Positions 53,187 to 64,000 of a stretch of 64,000 nucleotides of DNA are shown here, one piece after another. Within the stretch, counting starts at the first letter, position 1. Every line of letters starts with the position of its first letter. The translations under genes and the position numbers were made by a program. Source of the stretch: Trichosphaerium sp. ATCC 40318. Lineage: Eukaryota; Protista; Tubulinea. Where the stretch lies: assembly GCA_038496445.1 (NCBI GenBank), contig JALMLS010000085.1, forward strand, positions 62,001 to 126,000, written 5' to 3'. The notes below the pieces were generated by a model. It was not told the DNA's origin and ran no database searches. It worked only from the letters and a program-made list of their open reading frames with translations.

Positions 53187-54437
53187 AGCTAAACTCAGTT
53201 AAGTTAAAGTCACAATACAAACCGATATCAGAATCCACAAAAAATAACGTAAGTAGGTACGTTACCACAACACACATTTGTACCAATCGTGCCTCATTTT
53301 CTACCTGAATTTTTTTCGCAAGAAAGTAAATCGCTTATTCGCCAAAAACGCCGGTGTAAAGCATATCCTTACACTTAAATCATACAAATTCTCACGTTTG
53401 TTTTAGTTATTGAACGGCTACCAACAGAAGCACAGGCGTTCATTCAGCAGCAGAAACGCCAAGATTAGATATTACACTCACCTTAAATTGTGAACGAACT
53501 CGAGTTGAAAGTACAGATGTACTGTTGGATATCACATGGAAGATCCAACAAAGTCGAAAACATTCACAGTTCCATACATTGTCGAGGAGAGCAGCAATCA
53601 ACACTCATTTTGATGAGTCATTAGAACGCAAAGGAAAATGGATCAGATGGTATAAAAGTGGAAAATTTCTAAGTCAAGAACATGCCAAAACTGGATTATG
53701 TCAATGTTGGCATGAGAATGGGCAACTTGAGTCGCAATGGATATTGGTCGATGGTAAAATAGAAGGAGAAGTCAAACAGTGGTATAAAAACGGACAACTT
53801 AATTATCAAGGCAACTGTGTCAAAGGCGAATATAACGGTGAATTTAAGGAGTGGTATGAAAATAAAATCTCAAATCACTTGGGTCAATGGTAAAACGAAC
53901 GGCAAAGCTAAGAAGTGGTATGAAAATGGACAACTAAAATCTCAAAGAACTTGTGTCAATGGAAAACAAAACGGCAAAGTTAAGGCGTGGTATGAGAATG
54001 GACAACTAAAGATATGGGGCACATATTGATGACAAAATAGATGGTATACTTAAAGAGTGGTATAAAAATGGACACCTATCATCTCAAAGCACTTGGGTCA
54101 ACGGCAAAGAAAATGGTAAAAGCAAAGAGTGGTACGAAAATGCGCAACTTAAATCAGTTTGCCTGTGGGATGACGCCAAGCAAGAATAGAATGTAGTAGT
54201 AGCAGTGGCTTATTGATAAAATCATTCAACACCCTTGTTTTTCCATTACAGATGTTTTGTAATATTTTATATGGTTGGTTCAGGTACTTTGCAAACACCT
54301 TTTATTCATCAATTTCGTATTGGTCTGGAAAAGAATAAAAGGTCATCACCAAAAAAAGTAAAGAAACATGTCCTTGTTGTTAGATAGGTAATAAAAAAAT
54401 GGTCAAATAAAACACTGCTCGTTGTTCACTGTATTCT
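53187..54437 (+). pseudogene. Inverted duplicate of about 48744-50890: MORN-repeat pseudogene with flanks
   Basis: High identity to the reverse complement of the 48.8-50.3 kb gene, its 3' flank and upstream DNA; start lost, micro-inversion, frameshifts near 53865 and 54025. Confidence 0.9.
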
Positions 54438-54524
54438 AACTTTGATGTTAGAGTTTTAATTCTTTTGGTTATTTCTGAAAAAACAATTTATTTGACACGT
54501 GTAAGACATTTTTTTGTTTCAGAT

Positions 54525-57234
54525 TCATGTGCTCTTTTTTAAAGCCTTCTTTAATCTCTCTGTCATGATATAACGCCATGATTTATGATATCCAACCAAT
54601 ACAACATCATTTAGAAACAAAGTAGGCGAAACCAATCGACGTGTCTTGGTGTCAATAAGAAGAGAAAATAAATCATAATCAGGAATGCCATGAAGAACAT
54701 CTCCTTCAAATACACTTGGTTCTTTCATTTCAACCTATAGATACAATAGTTAGATATCAACCAAACAAGAAACAATCAACGTAAAAAACATACCCTACAA
54801 ACAACAAGTCGACCAATAGCTTTAACACGATCATATGCTTCTTGAGGAGAACATCCATTTTGTTCATCTCTCCTCAAATAACTAATTGGTAGTGTAATAC
54901 CAAGAGATGCTAAAGACTTTACAAGTCTTCTACAGTGACTCTTTCTAGTCATATCAGCCTCTCGAAAGTAACATTCAGTAATGCCAACTAACATCAAAGT
55001 CAGAGCGATTCTTAAATACAACAATCTTACCTTTACTTGCTTCCATCTGTCTTGTAGCTTCTTCAAGCCAAGTTGGATCTGACATCCAATGGTTAGCGTG
55101 GAAGTAACAAATCATATATATAATACCTCTTGTCGGCTTGCGTGATCTCACAGAAAGGTACTGAAGGCTAGCGGAAACAGCCTTTGATAATGAACCGTTT
55201 CTTCTAACTTTCTTTTTCCTTTTCTTTGGACGTGCCATCTTGTCTTGAAGACGACGCTTAGCAGCCGTATCGGCTAAAATATCCCTATAGGATTCTCCTA
55301 TAGACTCAGTATCATCACCATCACCTGACATACGAGGCATTCTAGCAGAGGCACACAAAGTGTTAAACTCCCGACGAGGTATTTTAGCAGTAAGTCCTTT
55401 TGGAACATTTCTTCGTTTCGGTACTGGAGGTTTTGGTACTGCCTTATGCCTCTTCTCCGTAATAGGTCCATTCTCCTCCGAAGACTGACTGTTCTAAACA
55501 AAACATATAAGACGAAATACTAACGCTACGATATCGAACGTACCAGATTATTAGAACTGCTCAACTGAGAACGTGCAGAACTCATTTGTGATAAACGATC
55601 AGAACTCGTTAATGAAAGAGAGCAAGATGCCTCTGGCATATCTTTAATCAAAGGAACACCTCCCACAACTTCAACATTCTGACTAGAAGGTTCTTTCTTC
55701 GCAGCAAGGTTAATTGTAGGCTTTTTATTTGGCCACTGCTAAAACAAAGAATAAGTACACGAAGAACTAATACGGTTTTGATGGTTTTCACGTACCGAAT
55801 TTATACCATCAAGAGTTGGTCTCCTTAAAGGTGGACGCGATAGACGTGCACGTATAGGAGATATTGTTAATTGTTCAAAATCATCTCTGTTAGTGAAGAG
55901 TGATTTATAGTTAGAAATCATCAATTCAACAAGAGAAACCAATACTTGGATTTCTTTCTTTGCAAATGTTGCATTCATTTTAGATTCAGAACTTCTATGA
56001 GACTTGGGTTGATGATCAAATATAATAGTAGCCCAGCATATAGCAAAGTTACGGGCATCTAAATAAAAGACTAAGTCTCCAAGACAACAACAAAAAATAA
56101 ACAGAAAAAAAAAGACAACCCGTTAAACGCACCCATGTGATTGCTCTCTTTAAATCTTGCCAGGTATTTCAATGATTCTATAATAGCCGCCAATAAATCA
56201 AAGTTTGCTTGAGGTAGTGCACCAATACATTGATATAATTTACCAACCTTATCAGTGGTACCTTTCGCATTGCCTTCAGTAAAAAGTCAGAAAAAAATAG
56301 GAAAAAAAATCCTCCTTGTACCAACACATTGAAGATAAAGTTGTGTGAATTCAGAAGGGACAAGCGTCTGTGGAAGCTCCCTTACATAACGCTTAAGAAG
56401 ACCAGCTACGTTACCAACATTGCTCTCGTTCGAAAAGTCGACATCTTTGCCTGTAATAGACGTGTTAACGATTTTAAACGGATTACATCAAAAAAAACGT
56501 CTAACCCGCATTAATGTCGCTTATATAGTTTTTGATACGCGTAGAATTACCGTTAACGCGGAATATACCATCTTGGTTACCTATTTAAACGGTTTGAACC
56601 AAAAAACGTTATAATGATTTAAAAACGTACAATGATCCTTTAGAAACTCTATACACTTTGAAACAATCACTGGTATGCGTTTTTTATTCTGAACTATTTT
56701 AACAAACGGCAGAACAGAATTATTTAATCAAAACTAACCTGTATACCGTTACTCTCTTGTAAAGCAATCAAAGTACCAAGCGGCACACCGAAAATAGCAG
56801 TCTGAAACAAGTAAATTAGCTCTTTTTATAAAATGCTGTGAAAATAATAAAAAACGCACTTCCTTTGAAGCAGACGCGCTTGATTCATGCTGAAGCTGTG
56901 ATATATCCTTGTAAAGCATTAAGATGACTTTTTAAACATGTTTTTTGTTTGGTGGTTTGCTTGCTCTTACCATTGCAGTGCGCTTTTTTCTCCTACGCTT
57001 TGCTGCGGAGGAACCTCGCTTTCTCTTTGAAGGTATTCTCTTGGTTCGTTTTGTTTTAGGGCTCGTTGTTTCAGTCTTACTACCCCATCCCTTTACCCTC
57101 CCAAATAGCTTTGCTTTCTTTTGGTCGTTTGGCTTTTTTGTAACGTTTAGCAAGACGACGAAACTAAAAAGGTAAAAATAACGCTTTGGTAAACGTGCCT
57201 GTGTATTTTCCTTTGTTATACGCTTTGCAGACAT
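54525..57234 (-). CDS. RhoGAP-domain protein with an uncharacterised C-terminal domain
   Basis: IFGVPL, IPVIVSKC, GIFRVNG, VASWFLKRYVRELP, MDARNFAMCWATIIF. Confidence 0.85.
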
Positions 57235-57699
57235 GTTGTGTTTGAATTTGGCGGTAATTGTTCTTATTTCAAAAGTTAAGCCACACGAAATGATTGTAGT
57301 ATCCTTTTGACGCAATTTTAGAGCTTCTTATGATACGTCGACGCAAAACAAGCCGTGAAAAACAGCTTTAACTGTTTGTTGGTTCAAGTCACGTTATTCG
57401 GAAGTTACTGTAATCTAATACTCTTTGCACGTATCGTGCGTAGACACAATGAATATTTTGGTTAAGAGATACATTAAAAGTTTGATGACTTAGTGAACCA
57501 CCATTCCCTTTAAAAACTACGTCTTACAAGTGGCAGTGAAGCACTCGTTAGTGTTGGATAAATCCAGCGAACTGAGTGGAGGCTTATAGCTATTTTTGTT
57601 GGTGAAATGCAAAACTCTGCGTCTACTGGTAGTATAGAAAATCAAGCGCGTCTGCGTAGTCCCAAAAGAAATGGCAAAAACAAAACGCGTGACAAGCAA

Positions 57700-59583
57700 A
57701 TGGCTGAGATTAAAGACGAGGTACTGTGTTATACTCTACATTGGTTCATATCTGTGCGTACACTAAAACGGCGTTGTCAAGATATCAAATATGCATAACG
57801 CTCTGTACATGATAAGTTCTATGCTAAAAGACTACAATGAGCGCGTTGGCGAATTGCCAAAGAAGGCTAGAAAACGTAAGAGCAGTGAGAGCGAAAAAAA
57901 GGTACGCACAGCACCAGCAACGCTAAAAACGTCCAAAAACCAAAACAAGTAACGATTGGTGAAGAAAATTAGAAAAGAATCAAATCGAAAGATACACCTA
58001 AATGTAGGCGGTAAAACGTTTGTAACGCTATCTGGAACCCTTACAAAAGACAGAGAATCATATTTCAATATTTTATTAGCAGGCAATCCAGAACCCAACG
58101 GAGAGTACTTTATTGACAGATCACCAAAGTAAGAAACAGTCTAAAAACAACTCTGTGAAGTTTTTCTTTTAATTATAACACCACGTCCTTACTAACGCCT
58201 GTTTAAGACTTTTTGAAGTTATACTGGACTATATACGCAGCGAAACATACGTACCACCTACTGAAACACGTCAACAAAAGCGAGAATTAATAGAAGCGGA
58301 GTTTTATAGAGTTTCAGGGCTAATAAAGGTTATAAAACAGCATGTGAGTGGTCAGGTATCACCAGTAGCGACAGTTGTTGTTGAAGAACCACCTGAGAAG
58401 CCAGAAAAAGTAGAAAAAGTTGAAAAATCCGAAAGTCGTGAAAGTAGCAGGAGCAAGCGATGTAAGTTTTGACAATGGGTGTAATGAATAGTATCCCTAA
58501 CCTTTCTATTTTCTAAAGTACGCAAAAAGTTGAGCGTACAACGTGAACAGTCATGGGATTCAGAGAAAATGGCTCGAGATTTGGAAGTTTATCCTGGTGC
58601 AAAGACTGTTGTTTCTACAGCCAATATTACAGGCTATAGGTAATATTTATCGCATGGTATTGTATTTAATTTATTTAACTGGTATATATTAGGTCTATTC
58701 TTGGTGTAAATGGCTTCCGAAGAGGTGTACACCGGTACGTAGTATTGTAATTCTTGTAAATTTTGATCTTCTTTTTTTCTGGTTTTTTGTGGGTACTGAG
58801 TTGTTTGGTTTACAGGTGGAGAATATATATAACGGGGGCAAGTGATGAAGAACCGTCTACTGATAACTCAGAAGCAGATTTTTGGACGGTTATTGGTGTC
58901 GCTACTCTTGACGCTAAGCGTGAAGGAAACTACAAAGAAGGTAAAAAAAACATCTATTGAAAGATTTTGCTCCTTTTTGATTAACTTGTTTAGGTGTTTA
59001 TGGTTGTTCTTGTAATACTCAGAGGTATGATGCATCAGATGTATCAGGTATGTACTAGTTAATCTCTGTCCTTATAACACACGTGTAGGAGCAAGTAATA
59101 GAGGATTTGCTTTCTCTATAAACGATACAATTACACTTGAATTGGATTGTAAATTGGCGCTATTAAAATACTGGAGAAATGCTAATGATACAGGCGTAGC
59201 TTGTTCTCTTACACCTGGCAAAACGTATTATCCAATAGTGGTAAGTCTTTCACAACCAGTAAACTCAACCGATTGGTTACTTTTCGTTGCCCTCACTTTT
59301 TGACAAAAAAATCATGCTAATCAATGTAAGGTTCTTCGCTATCCTGGTAATCAAGTTACAATTATTGATGAAGGTGAGGTAAGTAAGAAGAATACTCGTG
59401 AAGCAATAGCGAGAACATATACATCTCGTCTTCCAAGAGCAAGGTCTCATTCAAGACGCCGTTCACAACAACGTATGTATTATAAATTTTGGAAGTTTCT
59501 TGCCTCTTTTTGTTGTCGTATCCTTCTAATGTATTGTTACTTTAGCACGGAAACGCGTCTCTATTGACATGCAATTCCAATAG
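57700..59583 (+). CDS. BTB/POZ (KCTD-type) + SPRY/B30.2-like protein
   Basis: IHLNVGGKTFVTL..TLTK..SYF...EYFIDRSPK.FEVILDYIR; GVHRWRI..IGVA..DTITLELDC..YYPIV. Confidence 0.85.
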
Positions 59584-59951
59584 CTTATGTGATGTATTAT
59601 TACAAACAAATAGACAGGTATACCTGTAAGTCCTTAGAAGAACAAAAAAAAACCAGCCTACCAAAAAAGGTCTACAAGAAAAATGCACAAAGCTATAAAC
59701 GTTGTGTATGTAATGTAGTCTTAAGATACAATAATGTACAGTATATGAAACTGTAGAATAAAAAGTTACACACAGAAGGTTGTTGATATGGAGAAGCTCG
59801 TTTAGAAGAACGGATTTTTTTCTGATTTTTGTTTTTCGATTCGAATCTTTACTGCCGTGATTATCAAACTATCGACATTGTCTAACTGAAGTGGTGATAG
59901 AAGTTTATTTACAATGAGTCAGAGATGGCATTTGTTTATAAAACACGTGTG

Positions 59952-60830
59952 TTATTTTCCTATTTTTTTACCATTTACAAAGTGGCTTTGTTCACGCAAT
60001 TTATCATGCAAATCCCATCTTTTGTATTCTCCTTCCTTCATACCTTTTACATAATGACATTTCTCTCTCGTAGGCCATCCAGCATGAAACCAGTGTATGT
60101 ACTCTCCTTCTTTTTTACCATTGATGTAATGACACTTCGTTTTAATTGAGCCATCATCATGCCACTCTAAATAATCTCCTTCAATCTCACCATTGACATA
60201 ATGGAAATGGCTCTTTAATATACCATTTTCATACCATTCCTTGTATTCTCCTTCTCGAACGCCGTACAAGAAATTATAACGAGCTGACATTCTTCCATTA
60301 TCAAACCAAGATGTATACCCTTTATGCTTTTGACCTTTGTGATAGAAACAGTTTACCCACTGTAGGCCATTATCGTGCCAGAGCGTGCCCTCCCCGTGGC
60401 GCACGCCACTACTATAATGGGACATCTGTGATAACTGACCGTTAGATCGCCATACCTTATGCTCTCCTTCAAGTTTATCATTAACGTAATGGCTATGTTT
60501 CCATAGTTTGCCCGTGTCAATCCAATACTTACACTCACTTTCTCTTTTACCGTCAACGTACTGGCAATGCTGATACATCCTACCATTTTTATGCCAAAGC
60601 TTGAACGTTCCCACTTGTTTTCCGTTCTCCCAGAATCCTTCAGCGCACTTTGAGCCATTGTCTCTGTATTTAATCCACTTTCCATTCTTGTTAAGAGCGC
60701 TATCAAATCTTGAACTCATCGCTGTTTGTTTAGATAGTAGAGGCCACGTGATAAACGTCTCAACATCTAAAGATGCTATTTCTAGGTGTAGTTCACTCGG
60801 AAGACGTAAAATCCATGCAGGAGAGTGCAT
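59952..60830 (-). CDS. F-box-like + MORN-variant repeat protein, intronless
   Basis: ILRLPSELHLEI...WPLLSKQTAMSSRFDSALNKNGKW; EGEYKEWYENG repeats. Confidence 0.85.
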   Translation of the reverse strand: MHSPAWILRLPSELHLEIASLDVETFITWPLLSKQTAMSSRFDSALNKNGKWIKYRDNGSKCAEGFWENGKQVGTFKLWHKNGRMYQHCQYVDGKRESECKYWIDTGKLWKHSHYVNDKLEGEHKVWRSNGQLSQMSHYSSGVRHGEGTLWHDNGLQWVNCFYHKGQKHKGYTSWFDNGRMSARYNFLYGVREGEYKEWYENGILKSHFHYVNGEIEGDYLEWHDDGSIKTKCHYINGKKEGEYIHWFHAGWPTREKCHYVKGMKEGEYKRWDLHDKLREQSHFVNGKKIGK

Positions 60831-61483
60831 TACGCCCGCCACCTGCTTGGTTCTTTAGATAAATAGGCAATGTGTAATAATTTAGAGGTACCTGGTTTTT
60901 TGATGCCATCAGGCACTTGATTTTCGCTATTTTAGCAATGAACGATTGTTTCCGGTGTAAATGAACTTATCAACTTCCCAAGGAATTTATCAGAACTCTC
61001 AGAACAGCTCCTTTAGTACTCCGAGTTTAAATGGATGCATTGAGCTGTAGTTCTCAGTGAGAGATATTTTTAAGTCTCAAAATTGCGAATTTTCGCCATG
61101 TTTTCACACGTTTCGCTTAATATTAGTCACGTTTCGCAAGAAAAGTCCGTAAGGTTGCCTTCGTTTTGCCTCAGCATGCATCGCAAAAAAAAAGGTTTGA
61201 CCGAGATGGCATTTAATAACAAAATAGTTTGAATTCCTCGAAAAAATAAGATTGTAGGTGCTAAAGCACTAGGTATTGCTCACCCAACATTATTCCCAAT
61301 AGCCGCGCATTGTCAAGAATATCCATAGCATCTTTCAAAGTTGTCTAAATAGAATTAAAGATAACAGTGCAGCTTGTAAGGCGCATATTGTTTTGTTTAA
61401 AAAGGCGACTATTTGATAGCATTAACCATATGTACTCTATCCAAGGACTACAGACATTCTTTCTTCCCATGTATTCTTTTTAT

Positions 61484-62563
61484 TTATTTTGGTACATTTG
61501 TTGGCCACAGACCTGGTTTTCCTTCACCTTCTCCCAGCGCAACACCAAGACCCAAAACAACTCTAATTAAAAAAAAGAAAGTTAACGCATATCATTGGTA
61601 TCGTATCAGCTTTTTTTGGCACCTGTTGACATAGTTAAAGTAACCTATACATTGTACAAGTTCAAGGCAACCACGATCATCTAAACCAAGTTTTTTAAGT
61701 GCATCAACATCTTCATAACAATCCAATTAGCTAAGAATAAAACAAGAAAATAATCAAGTTACCTTTTTTTACAATGCTTCCAGGCTCTTTTGTTAATTTT
61801 GTTCCATATTGTATAAACGCCTTTTCGCGCTCAGTTAGCTTAATATCATCAATATTGGATCCCTTCAAGTCCAATGTTAGCTGTAAAAAAACGCAAGAAA
61901 TAATACAATGTTAATTATAAATACTGACCTCAAACAGTTGCTTTGCAACCTCTTTCCTATCGTCAGGTAATAACCGTTTGAGTCCCTAAATAAAGCAATA
62001 TTAGATACAAGTAACCGCTATGAAGCCGAAAAAAGCATTGAACCTCCATGTGGTGCGTTTGGCTACAAAAGAAATAAGTTAACAAAGATTAACAAAAAAT
62101 CAACTTGCCAATAAGTGCATGAATTTAATCTGCTTACAACAACACCGACCATCTCTTTCTCCGTCCTTGTTAGCTTATCATCATTGTGCATTATCTGAGT
62201 ATACATGGCAAAATGCGTCTTTAGTGTTTCAATATTGAGAGAGTGGATTTTCATGACGTTGTCAACTTTAAGCAAAGAAAGGGTTAAAACTGAACTTGGG
62301 AAGGGCAAAAAGCGAGCTCAAGTCATTTTTTTAATATTAACACGTGCCTGTACCGTCGCCGTTGCCTACTTGTTTATACCACTCCTCTAGCTCTCCTTGA
62401 GCGTTTTCTTCTGATATTGTTTGTATAAATGCTATTGTTTTCTCATCTGGAGCGCAAACAGCACAGCTAGCGTCTGTGGAACACCTGTTATAAAATAAGT
62501 ACGGAATTTCGAAAAAAACATGACGTGCTTGTCCGACATTTGTTTCTTCTGATTTTGACACAT
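61484..62563 (-). CDS. AhpD/carboxymuconolactone decarboxylase-family peroxidase-related enzyme, 7 introns
   Basis: AFIQTISEENAQGEL..WY, VDNVMKIHSL, LTRTEKEMVGVVVSRLNSCTYCQTHH, GYFNYVNRVVLGLGV. Confidence 0.9.
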
Positions 62564-63482
62564 GATTGAAAAAGTCAAACCTTATCTTTGGTTGAAGTTA
62601 GCTAGATTGTAGACAGTTCCACAAGCTCTAAGATCTTAGCAAGACTATAAGCCGTGCCTTTGGTTGCTGCAAAACTTCACGATCGAGAATGTTCAAGCGG
62701 ATGGATGGAATCCATTTGGTACTGGAGCTGTATTTGAAAGTCACGAGGCAACTAAAGCGATGACACGTTTCATTCCCAATTCCTAAACTTGGTTTTACAC
62801 ATTTTGTACTTGTTGATGTTGATAGGCTATATTGGCAAAGCTGTATCAATTGCGTGGCTACTGCCGAAGAATATGTACGAAGATTTACGTAAAAACTGTT
62901 ACTTGCAAGCGTATATTCTAGTATTCCTAACACATTGGTACAACTATCCACCACGGTACTGCAACGTCTATGTAGGGCAGTACAACGTCATCAATGCAGC
63001 ATTGAATAAGCATCCTATTATTGTAAATGTAGTGGGTTTTTGCCTCCTTATATACGCCTACTTCTACGCCTCTAGTGCGTGTTATTGTAATATAAGTCAT
63101 TTGCAAAATAATACAATACTATTTAGGAACTAATCGTGTAGCATAGCTTTTTCGGTTTTAATCCCAAACTAGTACTTGTTACAAAGCGCGTATTATCCCA
63201 TAATATCGATTCCTAATGCTTACGATGGTATACAGTACCTACAACGGAGTTTGATGACACCGATTTTCGTATTATCAGATTTGCAAAAAACTGTTTCACA
63301 CTGAGCCTATTTCTGGATGATACGTCTTAATACCTCATAATATAGCATAGTACTAATGATAAATACGTTTGCATGTTATTTATCGTAATGAAAGTGGAGT
63401 TGTATTACGTTAAGGTGTAATATTCCGAAATTTCCGAATTTTGTACTTTAACTAAAACCAAAAATACAATAACCACACAACA

Positions 63483-64000
63483 ATGACAACAGCTACTGAG
63501 CAACTCACCAACGCACTCGCCGACCTTATGGAAGTTTCAGGACATGACCCAAACAAAATCAAAGCTCTAAAAGACAGAACTACGCCCGAAGTCGTTCTAA
63601 CCAAGCCTTCTGAGTCCTCTACAACTAAGCGCAAAGCAAGCAGTGGAAATCAGTCTATCAAGCCTCTCGAGCTTGGACTTGTAGTTAACGACCTCTCCAA
63701 CACTGATGTTATCTTGTACGTACTCTTTAAACGACGATATGAACTAAAATTGAACCACAATCAGAAATGTAAGTTGCTAACTATAACCTTAGATCACCTC
63801 TTGCTAAAGACCCATACCGCGTACCAGTAACACCACGAACACAGACTGCAACAATCTTTAACCTATTTTTGTATTTGATGTATTTCAAAAAGTCTGGTGA
63901 GGAATTTTGGAAAGAAGAAGCTGAACGTTGTTGCAACGAGCTTAGTATTCCAACAACTGGAAAAGGTGGCGCTTCAAATCTAGCTCCAGATGTACGTTTA
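63483..64000 (+). CDS. Hypothetical protein, 5' part, runs off the window end
   Basis: ATG at 63483, GTACG donor near 63716, coding-like downstream exon. Confidence 0.55.

Noticed and set aside
46700-54500. Endogenous giant-virus insertion (intronless stretch)
   Set aside because: No NCLDV hallmark genes (capsid, PolB, A32 ATPase) and no clear boundaries; only gene-level viral affinity remains possible.
48842-60842. Bacterial YwqK toxin-antitoxin modules or bacterial contamination
   Set aside because: No cognate toxin or operon structure; the genes are interleaved with intron-rich eukaryotic genes and carry F-box-like N-termini.
62100-62120. CxxW or selenocysteine variant in the AhpD active site
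   Set aside because: A GC-AG intron restores an ordinary TGC Cys.
62628-63133. Overlapping 108-aa and 114-aa ORFs
   Set aside because: No recognisable motif or consistent splice model, so I cannot support a gene call.

Overview
Gene-dense, AT-rich (about 35% GC by eye) eukaryotic DNA with many short spliceosomal introns (mostly 40-100 nt), so most entries in the ORF track are single exons or antisense shadows. The gene content (Clu-domain/LRR protein, TKL receptor kinase, expansin-like protein, orphan FtsX-type permease, 'DWY'-repeat PD-(D/E)XK protein) suggests a free-living protist, probably an amoebozoan; this is inference. I reconstructed about 25 genes or pseudogenes by splicing exons by hand. 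Most notable: (1) a strand-specific pre-miRNA-like hairpin (29345-29433) inside an apparently spliced, ORF-less minus-strand transcript; (2) roughly 10-fold over-representation of the palindrome CACGTG, together with many GC-AG introns, 8 of 14 starting GCACGT; (3) a local family of intronless F-box-like/MORN-variant-repeat genes that is turning over (inverted duplication, micro-inversion, internal repeat expansion); (4) a mosaic secreted Cys-rich protein resembling a lectin-targeted beta-pore-forming toxin; (5) a probable U12-type intron and 6-13 nt micro-exons; (6) a ~195 bp structured element flanked by inverted repeats. I found no rRNA, tRNA, CRISPR array or intact transposase. Domain calls come from motif recognition, not database searches.
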